A stretch of 63,220 bases of DNA, counting the filler, from Octopus bimaculoides (taxonomy: Eukaryota): assembly GCF_001194135.2 (NCBI RefSeq). It is 6 parts of 5 records of this genome, joined end to end, with 100 filler letters (N's around TTAATTAATTAA, not from the genome) between each part and the next. Parts side by side here need not be neighbours in the genome. Positions count along the whole stretch, not along the records: positions 1 to 18,882 come from NC_068983.1; 5 more parts are not named here. The stretch is one strand, 5' to 3'. Position 1 is the stretch's first letter. Each line of letters starts with the position of its first letter. Made by a program: the position numbers and the translations under genes. Below are positions 1 to 12,949 of the stretch, piece after piece. Under the pieces are notes generated by a model. It searched no databases. It saw only the letters and a list, made by a program, of their open reading frames with translations, and was not told the origin of the DNA.

Positions 1-1019
1 GGTAAATATGCTTTTTATCTCAGAATAAATTCAGTACTGAATATATTCTGGTAATATATTTAAATTCAATAATAGGACGAATTCTTTTACAAGAATCTAT
101 GAAGTAGCTAGCGTGAAAAAACCTCATAAGGGAAAAAATCCATCATTTATTCCCGAAATATATATTGATATTTATATAAGGGCATTACTATACAATAATG
201 CCTCACGCTATGAGGGACTCTAAGGTCAGACCACCATAAAAAAGCACATTTTTACCGAACGCGAGGAAATGCAACTCTCAAAGCCAACCCCTTAGAAACA
301 TACTAAATTATAGATCATGATTTCGTAGTTATTGTAGTATTATACAAGTAACCACAAAAAACAACCACAGCAACATAAGAAAAACTCACAGACACTCGAC
401 CACAATAAAAAAGATCAAATAATATGAACTTAAATACAGAAATGCAACACCGACCAGAAAAAAAGAATCGACAAGAAAAATCGCAGCAACATCAACTAAA
501 TACACAAAACACAAACTTCATCAATTTTACAGTTTTGAAAGCAAACACACCAATGATTTGATGGATTACATCGCATAAAACAGAGAAACAAAACAAAAAC
601 AAAGGGAAGGTTTTGCTGTACTTAAAACAAAAATAGAACTTCCGTAGATAGATATTGATGATGACGTAGATGTCTGCAAAATATTGTTGGGGAAACTCCT
701 AAGAAGTCTCGGTACTTTACTTCGACATTTAACATAAAATACCTAAATAGTATATATATGGGAACGCATCCAATTTTCCTTTTGGATCCCAGATCAAATT
801 TTCCCACACTAATATCTAATTCGATTATTTTCAATTTCATAAAATGTCTAAAGTGGGGCGGAAATATGTAACAACTAATTTTATCAGTTTCCACTCTTTA
901 ACTCTACGGTGTGTAAATATATCAGGAAGGCAGCCACCCCAGTAGATCGTGAAAAGGCTTTATAGAATATTTTATGTGAAGTTTTTGGCTTAGTGAAGTT
1001 TCGTTAATTTCATATTAAA

Positions 1020-1245
1020 TGATATTTTTCCATGATCCTCTTTCATTTGATTTGGATAATTTTAATTTTTGCTGCATTTCTGAACTTCCTAATGTTTAAG
1101 AATGGATGTTGTTGTTGTGTGAGTCTGTCTTCAAATGTAATTCTGGAGAATCGAAGAGACAAATTTATCTTACTTTCTCTTACTCATTTCACCAACCTAA
1201 ACTTGTCTTTTGTATGCTCAAAGGAAATGGAGATAATTTTCTGAA
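1020..1245 (-). mobile_element. Old dispersed repeat, possibly a LINE ORF1 C-terminal remnant; homologous to 19430-19640
   Basis: Minus strand reads ...EHTKDKFRLVK*VRESKINLSLRFSRITFEDRLTQQQHPFLNIRK. It aligns by eye with a same-orientation diverged copy at 19430-19640. The family call is tentative. Confidence 0.35.
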
Positions 1246-1798
1246 ATAGTGTTCTGAATATGTCATAGTGGTTTTAATGCATTTAGAGAAGGTAATTTGC
1301 TTAGCTGATATGATTTTTGTAAGGCAGCGAACATTTGTAAAATATAAGTTTTTCGCAAAGTAAAGAATGCAGTAAATATTACTCATTGTGCTCTCCCACA
1401 ATGCAAATTGTCTGATAATTGTCATTTTTACACTGACTTATCAGAAGGCGACAAATATGAGGCAAGGAAATAAATGCAAGTGTTGTTAATTCTCTGAAGA
1501 AGATAGGATAGATTTACTGAGGCAATGGCTAAAGAAAACGATACATAAAGAAACCCTTTGAGCTCCTTCATTTGGTGCATTCAATGTCAATTCGCAAATT
1601 GTTGTTACTTCCTCTGTCTCTTGAAACTTTCCCGAAGTTGTATTCGCTTTACACCTCATTCACCATCACTTTTTTATCTGTATTGCACAGCAAGGTCCTT
1701 CTATATTGTGTTTCACCTATCTACAACCGTAAAAGTATAGGATTATATTGATGAATCTTGAACAGAATTTGAAAATTTTTATTAACAGCCTTATAACG

Positions 1799-1946
1799 GG
1801 CATGCAGAACCGTTAGCGCACTGGACAACATGCTCAGCGGCATTCCTTCGGGTTCGATAAACTAAATACCTGTCAATCATGGGGTCGATGTATTCGACTG
1901 TTACCTCCCCATCAAAACTGCTGGCCTTGTGTCGAAAAAAATTAAA
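1799..1946 (+). mobile_element. tRNA-derived SINE family A, internally deleted copy
   Basis: Head gcagaaccgttagc, core ggggtcgatgtattcgact and tail ggccttgtg all match the family A copies at 5786 and 8338. Confidence 0.6.
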
Positions 1947-3374
1947 AATGATATTACTCGGCAAATACAACTTGCTGACTGAATGGTTTTCAGGATTGAA
2001 TTTTCCGCAATGAATATACAACAGCTACTCCAAATACAATTACCTCTACTGCTAAAATCAGTTGTATATTTGAGCTTGAATTATATGTGTGAAATCAATA
2101 CTAAGTATAGTCATAATATATGATGCATTTTATTACTGAGTTGCTACTTAGTCATTTTTTAAAATCTTAATGCAACGTTTCTATCATGACAGGAAACAAA
2201 AATAAATTGATGTTTCTTTGATCTTATGATAGAAAACGAAAACATACCAGCTCAAATTTAAATCAATTTGGCTATATTTAAAATGCAAAAGGTAATAGAT
2301 TGCAGTAGAAGATAAGATTCCAAGCATTATTCTCTAAGCGTATAAATCTAACGATTGCTAAATGTCTCATCAAAATATACGCGAATATTTCAAACATTAC
2401 TGTAAGCTAAAAATCTTATTTCATATTCTCGCGAGAAACAAATATATCACTTTTCATCATAACAATACGTGATCGAAAGTGTTTCCTCCTTTGCTTTGAA
2501 TCCGTTAATTGTTACTGATTTGTCTTCATAAATTTTCCTTTCTTTTCTTTCTATTTCTATTTTCTTTCCCTCTTTTATTCATTTATTATTATTTTTTTTT
2601 TTTTTTTNNNNNNNNNNTTTTTTTTTTTTTGTTCTTTTCTTTTCACTTTGTAAGCAAACGAAGCGTGACATGTGATGAAGACATTTTAGCACTTCTAATA
2701 AATTTCTGCCTTTGAATTCTCACAATTGTTACAAAATTAAAGTTTCTTTTAGTATTATTGAGATATTTCACTGTCGATTCAATAAAAATAATTAACAAAA
2801 AAAAAAAGAATAATAATAATAAAACACAGAATGAAATTAATAATGTCGTTCAGATTATATTTCTACTAAAACTTACATTGCTAAAAATACGACTGTGCGT
2901 TTTGAGAAAAGTGTTTATTACATAATAAAATTAATTTAATTATATTAAAAGCTCTGTAGGTGACGATTGTATTAACGGTAATTTTTCTAATAAACTTCTG
3001 AGAAACACTTGTCGTGACACTAGTTTATTAAACTAGCTCCATCTGAGATATAAGTGTGCATTGTTAGTATTATTGATTTCTTACAGGGGAACAAACAGGG
3101 GAATTTAGGACAAGGCAACAATCGATTAACTCGAATTGATGCAGCTCGTACCTGACTGGCATATATCTCATTGATCCCTGTAGGGTAAAAAAAGCTAAGA
3201 TGATTCCAATAGGATAACACAACTAAACACCACAAAATACTTTGGCAGATGCAGCACCGTTTTTTCTATCCACCATACTGTGTGTTAATAGATATATAGA
3301 CACACATGTATCAAAGGTCTGACAGCCGCTTTGGCGCCGCTGATTCGACGCTGACTTATTTGATATTGGACGTT

Positions 3375-3377
<3 letters not shown>

Positions 3378-3413
<36 letters not shown>

Positions 3414-3644
3414 NNNNNNNNNNNNNNNNNNNNNNNNNNNNNNNNNNNNNNNNNNNNNNNNNNNNNNNNNNNNNNNNNNNNNNNNNNNNNNNNNNNNNNN
3501 NNNNNNNNNNNNNNNNNNNNNNNNNNNNNNNNNNNNNNNNNNNNNNNNNNNNNNNNNNNNNNNNNNNNNNNNNNNNNNNNNNNNNNNNNNNNNNNNNNNN
3601 NNNNNNNNNNNNNNNNNNNNNNNNNNNNNNNNNNNNNNNNNNNN

Positions 3645-3722
<78 letters not shown>
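3378..3722. repeat. (CT)n microsatellite spanning an assembly gap
   Basis: Pure CT runs on both sides of the N-run. Confidence 0.95.
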
Positions 3723-3729
<7 letters not shown>

Positions 3730-3902
3730 CTGCGTGTGCTTATATATGTGCGTGCGTACTTATGTATGCGTATGGGGAAAAAGAATGTGCTTATGTCAGT
3801 TGTTTCCAATTAATAAACAGTAATGTCCCTATCCTCCTCTCGTTCACTCTTTCTCTCTGTATGCGCAGATTTCTACATGTGTGTTCTTGTGAGTGTGTGT
3901 AT

Positions 3903-3941
<39 letters not shown>

Positions 3942-4270
3942 CGTGCGCGTATGTCTCCAGCGTCGAAATGTACTATCGTCAAAACACTCGGCTGTACCAG
4001 ACCATCAGCGTCGAAACAGCTGTACCCAATCGTCTCATTCCGTAGACACTCCACATTATCTACATTGTTTTAGACATCATACAGATTCATAAACTGCGGA
4101 GAGGTTGCCCTTTGAGTTGTAAGTTTTGCCAGAGTTAGGTGCTTCAGTAAAACTCACAATAATACCAATGAATGCCGTAACGGTTGAGACGATGGAACAA
4201 GAAAAATTAAGGTAGGTTTCGTGTTGAACCCCAAATAGTTGGTTGTAATAATAATAATAATAATAATAAT

Positions 4271-4585
4271 GACAAGAAACAATAAATCATATTATCTCTG
4301 GCTGCCCAGTCCTGGCTAAGAAGGAATATATTCACAGACACGACAGAGCTGGGACCTATATACACTGGAAGCTATGCCAACACTATGGAATAACAACAGA
4401 AAAAAGATGGTATAAACACACGCCAGAAAAGGTCACAGAAAACGAGAAAGCAACCATACTCTGGGATATGCCAATACACACAGATAGAGAAATTAAGGCA
4501 AATAGACCAGATATAGTTGTCAAAGATCATGAAGAAAAAAATGCTTTCTAATTGATGTATCAATACCAGCAGATGACAACGTTTC
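4271..4585 (+). mobile_element. Dong/R4-clade non-LTR retrotransposon fragment (zinc-knuckle tail plus restriction-like endonuclease domain)
   Basis: Translates QETINHIISGCPVLAKKEYIHRHDRAGTYIHWKLCQHYG...ILWDMPIHTDREIKANRPDIVVKDHEEK/KCFLIDVSIPADDNV, with a 1-nt frameshift in an A-run near 4535-4541. The RHD, RPD and LIDVSIP motifs are typical of RLE-bearing R4/NeSL ORFs. It starts directly after (TAA)n at 4246-4270 and runs into a gap. Confidence 0.88.
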
Positions 4586-5143
4586 NNNNNNNNNNNNNNN
4601 NNNNNNNNNNNNNNNNNNNNNNNNNNNNNNNNNNNNNNNNNNNNNNNNNNNNNNNNNNNNNNNNNNNNNNNNNNNNNNNNNNNNNNNNNNNNNNNNNNNN
4701 NNNNNNNNNNNNNNNNNNNNNNNNNNNNNNNNNNNNNNNNNNNNNNNNNNNNNNNNNNNNNNNNNNNNNNNNNNNNNNNNNNNNNNNNNNNNNNNNNNNN
4801 NNNNNNNNNNNNNNNNNNNNNNNNNNNNNNNNNNNNNNNNNNNNNNNNNNNNNNNNNNNNNNNNNNNNNNNNNNNNNNNNNNNNNNNNNNNNNNNNNNNN
4901 NNNNNNNNNNNNNNNNNNNNNNNNNNNNNNNNNNNNNNNNNNNNNNNNNNNNNNNNNNNNNNNNNNNNNNNNNNNNNNNNNNNNNNNNNNNNNNNNNNNN
5001 NNNNNNNNNNNNNNNNNNNNNNNNNNNNNNNNNNNNNNNNNNNNNNNNNNNNNNNNNNNNNNNNNNNNNNNNNNNNNNNNNNNNNNNNNNNNNNNNNNNN
5101 NNNNNNNNNNNNNNNNNNNNNNNNNNNNNNNNNNNNNNNNNNN

Positions 5144-5260
5144 TTGTGCTCATTTTATCGACCCCGAAAAGATGAAAGGCAACGGCGACCTCGCTCGGCG
5201 GAATTTGAATTCAGAAGATAAAGACGGACGAAGTGCCGATAAGCATTTTGCCCGGCCTGC

Positions 5261-5291
<31 letters not shown>

Positions 5292-5343
5292 AAGAAGAAG
5301 AAGAAGAAGAAGAAGAAGAAGAAGAAGAAGAAGAAGAAGAAGA
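5144..5343 (-). mobile_element. SINE family A partial copy plus (AAG)n tract
   Basis: atcgaccccgaaaagatgaaaggcaacggcgacctcgctcggcggaatttgaattcagaag is the reverse complement of the family A core; (AAG)n at 5261-5343. Confidence 0.75.
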
Positions 5344-5785
5344 AAACAACAACAACGTTTGGCAAATAACTTGTCTACTTGCACTAACTGCACCCCCAAG
5401 ATAATGCCCATTAAGATCACAAGAGTTCTTGAAGATAAAAGGTACAACTCCAATTCCTATGGGGCACTTTAAGACGTAAATAGCAAAGAAAACAGCCACT
5501 ATATGCTTGGAATAATTATAAATGACACCTATCGATTTATCAAAATGCCAGAAAATTACGAGTCTAAAAGATTTCGTTGAATATTTTGAAATACAGAATT
5601 GAAATACAAGCACACAGTTCTTACTGTCGCCAGTAAACTATTTTCTTTGAAATATCCACAGAGATATTTCGATTTTGGTTGTGTTTCTCTTGTATATATT
5701 GTACAAAAATTTCGTCTAATTTCTATTTTCTTGGATAAACTGAAACTGTATACTGCAAACGGTGTGACGATTATGATATCAGGGG

Positions 5786-6216
5786 AAGGAGGCGAGCTGG
5801 CAGAAATGTTAGCATGCCGGGTGAAATGCCTAGCGGTATTTCGTCTGCTGTTTCCTTCTGAGTTCAAATTCCGCCGAGGTCGACTTTGCCTTTCATCCAT
5901 TCGGGGTCGATTAAATAAGTACCAGTTACGCACTGGGCTCGATGTAATCGACTTAATCCCTTTGTCTGTCTTTGTTTGTCCCCTCTATGATTGGCCCCTT
6001 GTGGGCAGTAAGGAAATAAGAAGCGTTAGCATGCCGGGCAAAATGCTTAGCAGTATTTCGTCTCTCTGTACGTTCTAAGTTCAAATTCGGCCGAGGTCGA
6101 CTTTGCCTTTCATTCTTTCTGGGTCGATAAATTAAGTACCAGTTTCGTACTAATCTAATCGACTACCCCCTCCCTCCCCCAAAATTTCAGGCCTTGTGCC
6201 TAGAGTAGAAAAGATT
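5786..6216 (+). mobile_element. Two tandem SINE family A copies (second is 5'-truncated)
   Basis: Head ggcgagctggcagaaatgttagc and B-box-like gagttcaaattcc. The core gactttgcctttcatcc..ggggtcgat..aagtaccagtt occurs twice. Tail ttcaggccttgtgcctagagtagaaaagattat. Confidence 0.85.
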
Positions 6217-6299
6217 ATGATGTCTGGGGATAAGAATCGTAAAGCGATTTAATGAGGTAATTAAAATTTGATTCTGCATGGAAGTATTTTTATTTTCTA

Positions 6300-6692
6300 T
6301 CTTTTGTTTCAGTTGTTGGATTGCGGTCATACTGGAGTGCCAGCTTAAAGAGTGTTTAGTCGAACCCATGGCCCCCCCAGTAATTTTATTTCTTTAATGT
6401 TTGCGATTTTTTTTTACTGTATTGGTCTCTTTTGCTGAACCGCTAGTTATGGGGATGTAAACAAACAACACCGGTGAGTTGAAAAAACACACATGCAAAG
6501 ACACACGCATGTACGCTTGTACACACATATGCAACGGGCTTCCACACGTTTTTCTTGTACCAAATTTACTCACGAAGAATTGGCCAGCCTGCAGCTATAG
6601 CAGAATACACTTACCCAAGGGGGTCGAACAGTGCGATTGAACGCAAAACTTCGTTGTTACAAAGCGAGCTTCTTAGCCATACAGTCATGCCT
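6300..6692 (-). mobile_element. SINE family B (with central CA/TA microsatellite), diverged
   Basis: Reverse-complement matches to the family B segments at 12715-13166. Confidence 0.7.
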
Positions 6693-6984
6693 GCGCCTGT
6701 AAGCATAGCCAATTGCTACCAGAATATAGCTGACATATACAAAAGTTAATGTTAAAGTTGTAGCTGAATGAGATAAAAAAAGGAAATTTCTTTTGATGAC
6801 TTGGATCAATCTTGATAATAATGTGCTATTACATATCCGTTAATATCCTATCATGAATGCCTCACAAACATATCTAAATATAGTGATTAGTTACATGAAA
6901 AGAACCGTGCTTAAATGATGGAGAATAAGTCATTTTTACAATAAATGGATATAAGAGAAACAATTTCTTTTATCAGTTTGTATC

Positions 6985-7190
6985 ACCACCCTGCCTAGTG
7001 TTTGTGACCGAAGAGGAGATAACTCTTCCGAAATGTTTGCCTCTTACAGTCTGGACAGGTGGCGCTGCGAACTGATATTGGTGCATTAACACCATTCTGT
7101 CTACATCGAAAATCTTTTTTGATGACAAAATATAGTGAGTGGCTTGGTCCAAACGAGTCCAAACGTGCCCCACACTTATTTGAACTGGTA
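6985..7190 (-). mobile_element. Decayed LINE 3' end with a CxxC..H..H zinc-finger-like motif
   Basis: Minus frame ...SATCPDCKRQTFRKSYLLFGHKH*, resembling the C-terminal zinc fingers of RTE-type LINEs. Confidence 0.35.
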
Positions 7191-7221
7191 ATAACATTCT
7201 TTTCTAAGAACAAGGCTTGTC

Positions 7222-7381
7222 GATTAGATCGACCCCAGTACGCAACTGGTACTTAATTTATCGACCCCCCCCCCCCCGAAAGGATGAAAGGCAAAGTCGA
7301 CCTCAGTAGAATTTGAACTCAGAACGTAAAGACAGACGAAATACCGCAAAGCATTTCGTCCGGCGTGCTAACGTTTCTGCC
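7222..7381 (-). mobile_element. SINE family A, CpG-retaining copy
   Basis: Close reverse-complement match to the family A head and core. Confidence 0.85.
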
Positions 7382-7399
7382 TACAATACATACTTATTT

Positions 7400-7690
7400 A
7401 TTCAAAGCGTTCTCATCTGTCCTTGACTCTAAGCTGTCTTTTCTGCTTCTCTCCACCTCCAGATTTTAGTTTTGAAATGTCATCGATTTTTTTTCCTAGG
7501 TAGAGGTATTCGCCTTATGTAAACCATTTTTTTACGTTGAGAAGAAGTGGTCCATATTTATTTGGCCTCTATCTTTTGACCTGTCCAATATGAGAAGGCC
7601 TACCTTGAATCTGCACTCCACTGGCGTAGCTCTCAGATTCACTGAGGCAAACAAGCTATCACATTGCAACAAGAACTGGACCTAATAAAT
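7400..7690 (-). mobile_element. Decayed RTE-type LINE ORF2 C-terminal remnant
   Basis: Minus strand carries stop-interrupted pieces such as PLPRK.IDDI and EAEKTA..KDR*, similar to RTE C-termini. Confidence 0.35.
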
Positions 7691-7861
7691 ATACATTTAT
7701 CGCTAAATAGATTTGTTGAGATATTTACAGTTCATATAGCAAAGACAATACCCACTTGTTCTGTGGGCATTTTACAATAACAGCTCCCCATTACTCAAAG
7801 ATGTGCAAACACGCCACAAACATTTCTTAGAAGCATCATAAAGTAGTTAAATAGTGACATA

Positions 7862-8083
7862 CACAAGGTTGGCCAAAAGTCACCTGACAGTAAATCAAAA
7901 CCAAGATTTATTTATGTTTAATAACTGAATGAATTTAATAAAAGCATCTAAATATGAAACATGAAAATTGTTCAAACTGAAGTCATTCTTGAGCGAAACA
8001 TTTTACAATTCGCGTCAATACAAACTTACGGATAGTATTTCTGGAATTTTGATTTACTGTCGGGTGACTTTTGGCCAACACTG
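7862..8083. mobile_element. Tc1/mariner-type MITE
   Basis: ~40-bp terminal inverted repeats (gttggccaaaagtcacc(t/c)gacagtaaatcaaaa). The right end reads TA|CAGTG on the minus strand, and TA flanks both ends. Confidence 0.85.
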
Positions 8084-8094
8084 TATATGGTCCG

Positions 8095-8322
8095 GATGTT
8101 AGGCTGTTGCACTCACGATCACTTGATCGTGGGTTCGATTCCCACACCGGGTAACACTTTATTCTACGTTGCACCAGTCACCCTTTTGATCAGTGGGGAA
8201 TGTTGACCTGTTGGCCTAGCCAGCGAGGTGATGTCATTCGAAGGCTAAAACGATGCACAGCGCATTGTGTCCAGAGATGTGTAACAACATCTGATAGCCT
8301 GGTTGATCACGTGGTCACGTAA
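8095..8322 (+). mobile_element. tRNA-derived SINE family D
   Basis: B-box gggttcgattccc; tail gatcacgtggtcacgt shared with the minus copy at 25500-25797. Confidence 0.7.
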
Positions 8323-8337
8323 TATATCTAATTGACT

Positions 8338-8552
8338 GAAGGCGGCGAGCTGGCAGAATAGTTAGCATATCGGATAAAATGCTTAGCGGCTTTTCATCCG
8401 ACTCTTCGCATTCAGATTTCAAATTCCACCGAAGTCGACTTTGCCTTTCATCCTTTCGGACGTTGATGAAATAACCCCCAGAGCACTGCGAAACGATGCA
8501 GTCGTCTAATCCCCCGCCTCGTAATTTCAGACCTTGCGCCTAGATTAGAAAG
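8338..8552 (+). mobile_element. SINE family A
   Basis: Head gaaggcggcgagctggcagaatagttagc, core and tail all present. Confidence 0.8.
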
Positions 8553-8876
8553 ATATACATCTATTTAGGTTCAACTTCTTAAAAATGGATTTCCGCTGTA
8601 AATATGCGGAGTTTTGTCCTTCTGTATAAAATGACAACACGAAGGTTTTGGGGGATGTTGTCATTTACATTGGTCATCCGAGTATACATTACTTACCATC
8701 CCAGCGAATTGGATTCATAATTCTATTAGCATTACGCTAGTGAAACCTCACTTTAAATTACTAAATCGCTCGAGACAAGCAAACACGTCCGAACTTTCCA
8801 TTACTGCATAACTAAACAAATATTAAATTAGATGTGTGAACATATATATATACATATATACGTATGTGTGTGTTTG

Positions 8877-9150
<274 letters not shown>

Positions 9151-9779
9151 ACACTAAAGTACTTTTAGCTTACAGTATGTTGTCGCTGCGATTCCATGAT
9201 ACTTTCATTAATAAATTTAGCTGAAGATTGTCTTTCTGTTACCGTTTGGGATTCCATCACTCTGTTTATGTTGATAGAGTTCTTGTTTAAGGCGTAAACA
9301 CCATAACCTAATCTATTTTCCCCACCGAAAACGTTGGACTTCAGGACAATATGAAAAACAATTACCAATATCTTGACATCATATATTCTACGCCGAGGTT
9401 AAATAGGATCAAATCGGATTAAATAACAAGCTGGAGGTGGGGGATATAGTTTTAAAACATAAATTTCTGTCTTCGTGGAAGATGCGAGTTTTCAATCCGT
9501 GACGGAAGCTATTAATATCGTATGCACTCGGGCATTGCTCTGTTGACACCTTATTTAAGATGGATGCGAATTACTGCGACACCACAGGCCTGACTGTCTA
9601 GAAAAATAAATCAAGCAACGGGAAAGAAATTACTATGGAAGATGAGAGCTATATAAAGGATACTAATGAAATACTCAGGCAATCCAATCCAAGGATTATA
9701 ATTTTCTGCCTCTTAATGCTGGCTACTTAATGAATAACCAGACATATTATGGCTAATTGATGCTTTTATATAATTTTCT

Positions 9780-10230
9780 CTCTCTCACTATTTCTCTCTC
9801 TCTCTCTATCTATCTATCTCTATGTCTCTCTCTCGCTGTTCCTCTCTTACTCTAGAACGCTTTGCCCGTATTTCCCTGACTTCCTCCTAAAAGATTTTTA
9901 TGGCTTTTTCTCTCTCCTTCTTTCTCTCTCTATTTCTCCCTCCCCCTCTTTCTCTCTCTCTTCATCGCGCTTTTTCTCTTTCACGTGTTTCTTCCCCTCC
10001 TACGTCTCCCATATTTTATGATTCTCTATCTTTGTCGTTATCTCTTTGCCTCTCAATACCTTTCATTTTGCTGTTATCATTCTTCTACATCCTCCTTTTC
10101 CTCCCCCACCTCCCACGCCTCTCTTCCCCCCCTCTCTCTCTCCTCCCCTCTCATTTGTTCAATCTTCCTTCGCTGGCTAATGCATCTCGCTTCTCTCCAC
10201 TTTTCCCACTCTCTTACCAACCGACATTTA
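9780..10230. repeat. Pyrimidine-rich (CT) low-complexity tract
   Basis: Direct reading; explains the S/L/P-rich spurious ORFs at 9900-10299. Confidence 0.85.
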
Positions 10231-11999
10231 ATTCTGGGATTGATCGAATGTTACCCTTTGAAGTTAGTAGCTGCTACCATACACTTTAACGGCAAGTAAA
10301 TTATATTACATGAGACAATGATAAGCTTTGTAGGACATTAAAATATTTTGGTTATTGTTTTCATGCAAGCAAGAAACGGAGCTATTTAATTGTTCTGCTT
10401 TGCTGAATACAAAACTGTTTCACGTTCTTGCTACACGGAAATACGATTCAATTTCCAATAATGTATATGTCAAATGTTCTGATTGTTGCGAACGCTGTTC
10501 TATAATCGATGATCCGAAAACCGATCATGTTGTGGTTTTTACACGATAATCGAATAAATGAAAGATGTTATTTCAAAGGGCTCTCCCACCCTTCAAATTA
10601 AATGAGTCCGATGATTTCGCATCTCGAGTAGAAAGGGCGTTTTGTAACGAGGTGGGTCTGGTAGTAGAACCAAACAAAGTAAAGCGAGAGTAAGTCCATT
10701 CCGATAACAATCGTGAACGACACGAAATAGCTTTGATGTCTGTAGCATTAAGTTGCTAACTTTCCATTGCCTTGAGCGAAATTGTTAGTTATTTCAAGAG
10801 AACCATTGAAGTAACAGTATGAAAAGTCCGGTATTTGAGTTAATATACATACTTCCATAATGCGTGCTTCGCTGAGTGTATGCCTTTTATAATCGTCCAA
10901 AAGAGCTGATAACCATATGATTATTCTGTCCTTACAATGCAACGTACCGACTTAATAGAAAAGTCACCAGCGGCTCCTGTCGTATAGTTCATTCACTTGT
11001 GGGAAATTTAGGAAATAACGGAGAATGTATTCTAAACTTTGTGCAAGATATAGAAACGGTACGAATATTTCTCTGTTAATTGATTTTGAACATATCGGTA
11101 AACTGATAAAACAAAACAATCCGAAGCTTTCTACTTCAGCAACATCGATTTTCAAATTACATAGATACATTAAAAACATCTAATAACGTTGAATGTCGTG
11201 TAGAAGAGTCTCCTGATTGTTATCACTAATTGGAACCGCTCTCCCTGTTTTCCCCCAAAATTACTCCTTACCACTTGGATATTGCTAAGAAGTTTACATA
11301 CACTTACCTCTCTACTGCACCCACCATTATCATTATCATCAATCTGCCTGCAGTAACTGAAATGTTTTGCAGATTCGTGTAGATTATTTCCCATATTCGT
11401 AGAAATCACATTTCAATAGTTTGCCAATAATTATATTTTATAAAACAAAAGCCTTCAATTACAATCATACACGTTATAACAACACGTGATTATTATATGT
11501 CGAAATGTTTTGAGATGAGATGTTGTTAATAAGATGATAATTTTTCAAGCCCTTACCTTGACCTTCAGAGATGAAGCATTTGGAATTATTTGAATATTGT
11601 TGCAGGATATGCAACCACGTCGTTTCGAGTTCCACCCGCTGTAGGGTACCTTGGGTATGTGTCTATTACAATAGCTCCGGATTAACCAAAGAGTTGTGAC
11701 TGAATTCAGTTAAAAGAAATTGTGTTTATCATGTCGTATAAGTGTGTGTGTGTGTGTCTATATATCGTATCTTAATGAATGTGTTTGTCACATTTACCAT
11801 TAATGCTTGACAACCGCCAGTTGCTTATTTTAAAAGCAAAAAGAGAATCGTAAGTACTGGGGTTGATTTATTTGATTAAATCCTTCAAGATGGTGCTCCA
11901 GCATGTCCACAGTTCAAGGACTAAAACATGTCAGATAGAAAATATCTACAAACATTTCAATAGACAACATCAAGCGTTTTCCTCTAATTTGTCGGCTTA

Positions 12000-12710
12000 T
12001 GCAATGTACTGGCTACCTTTAAGCTGCAGCCGGTAGGATGAACCTAGTCCTGGGGATCCACTGTTTCGAGAAGTGTCGAATCACCTCTTTGGCACAGGTG
12101 TTCCCAGATCTACTCTGATTCGGAGTAGAAACAACTTCCAGAGTCCAAGCCATGGGTTACTTAGCAAGTCATGGAATTACCTCCGCAAGAAATTCCCTCA
12201 CAGACACCCTCAACGGACCAAGAGCAGAATGAGGCCGTGCATCATGGTAACTACTAGACTCGGTGCTTTTTACATCGAACTGATAAAAATTTAACATTGA
12301 GAGAGCGACTGACTGAACACAAGCCGTACTCGTTATAATACATTCCAGCTGCTTTGTTAGGTAATGTATTGAGCTTTAAACAAATCACGGGAGTAAGCTG
12401 CTACTGAAAATCCGGAGGGATACCCTAAGGCATTTTTGTACGGTTGTACTTAACCAATATCTGGCACCAACCCCTGCGGCTCAATAGATTCTGCAAACAT
12501 ATTGACTCGTCTTTCCTTCATAGAGTAGCCATGAATGTAGAGAGAGTATATTCACTTGGGGCCAGACACTTGCCTCTGGAAACAGCCCCGACATAGAAGA
12601 AATGGGTAAGCTACTGTTTCTGCGATACCGTCGAAGAATGACGAAAAGGCCAACCAGAAAGAATAAGTAATGAGTTGCCTAAAAACTACACTCGTGAATA
12701 AGAAATGGTC
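12000..12710 (+). mobile_element. Decayed retroelement-like coding remnant (possibly a LINE ORF1)
   Basis: GC-richer than its flanks; stop-riddled frame ending ...PDIEEMGKLLFLRYRRRMTKRPTRKNK*. Family not securely recognised. Confidence 0.3.
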
Positions 12711-12714
12711 AAAT

Positions 12715-12888
12715 GGCGTAGGAGTGGCTGTGTAGTAAGTAGCTTGCTTACCAACAACCACATGGTTCCGGGTTCAGTCCCACTGCGTGGTATCTTGGTC
12801 AAGTGTCTTCTACTATAGCTTCGGGCTGACCAAAGCCTTGTGAATGGATTTGGTAGATGGAAACTGAAAGAAGCCTGTCGTATATATG

Positions 12889-12949
<61 letters not shown>

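Noticed and set aside
1-620. A/C-skewed block with small hairpins (ggcatta..taatgcc; cctca..tgagg) suggesting a retroelement terminal region or ribozyme
   Set aside because: No complete hammerhead core or recognisable ORF on either strand, so not supportable.
3306-4092. Long ORFs in the track that span N-runs or microsatellites (also 4552-5175, 14903-17160, 47162-47893, 52137-53162, 54501-55673, 61012-62277)
   Set aside because: They are open only because Ns and di-/trinucleotide repeats lack stop codons; the SL, ER, VC, HT and poly-K products have no domain content.
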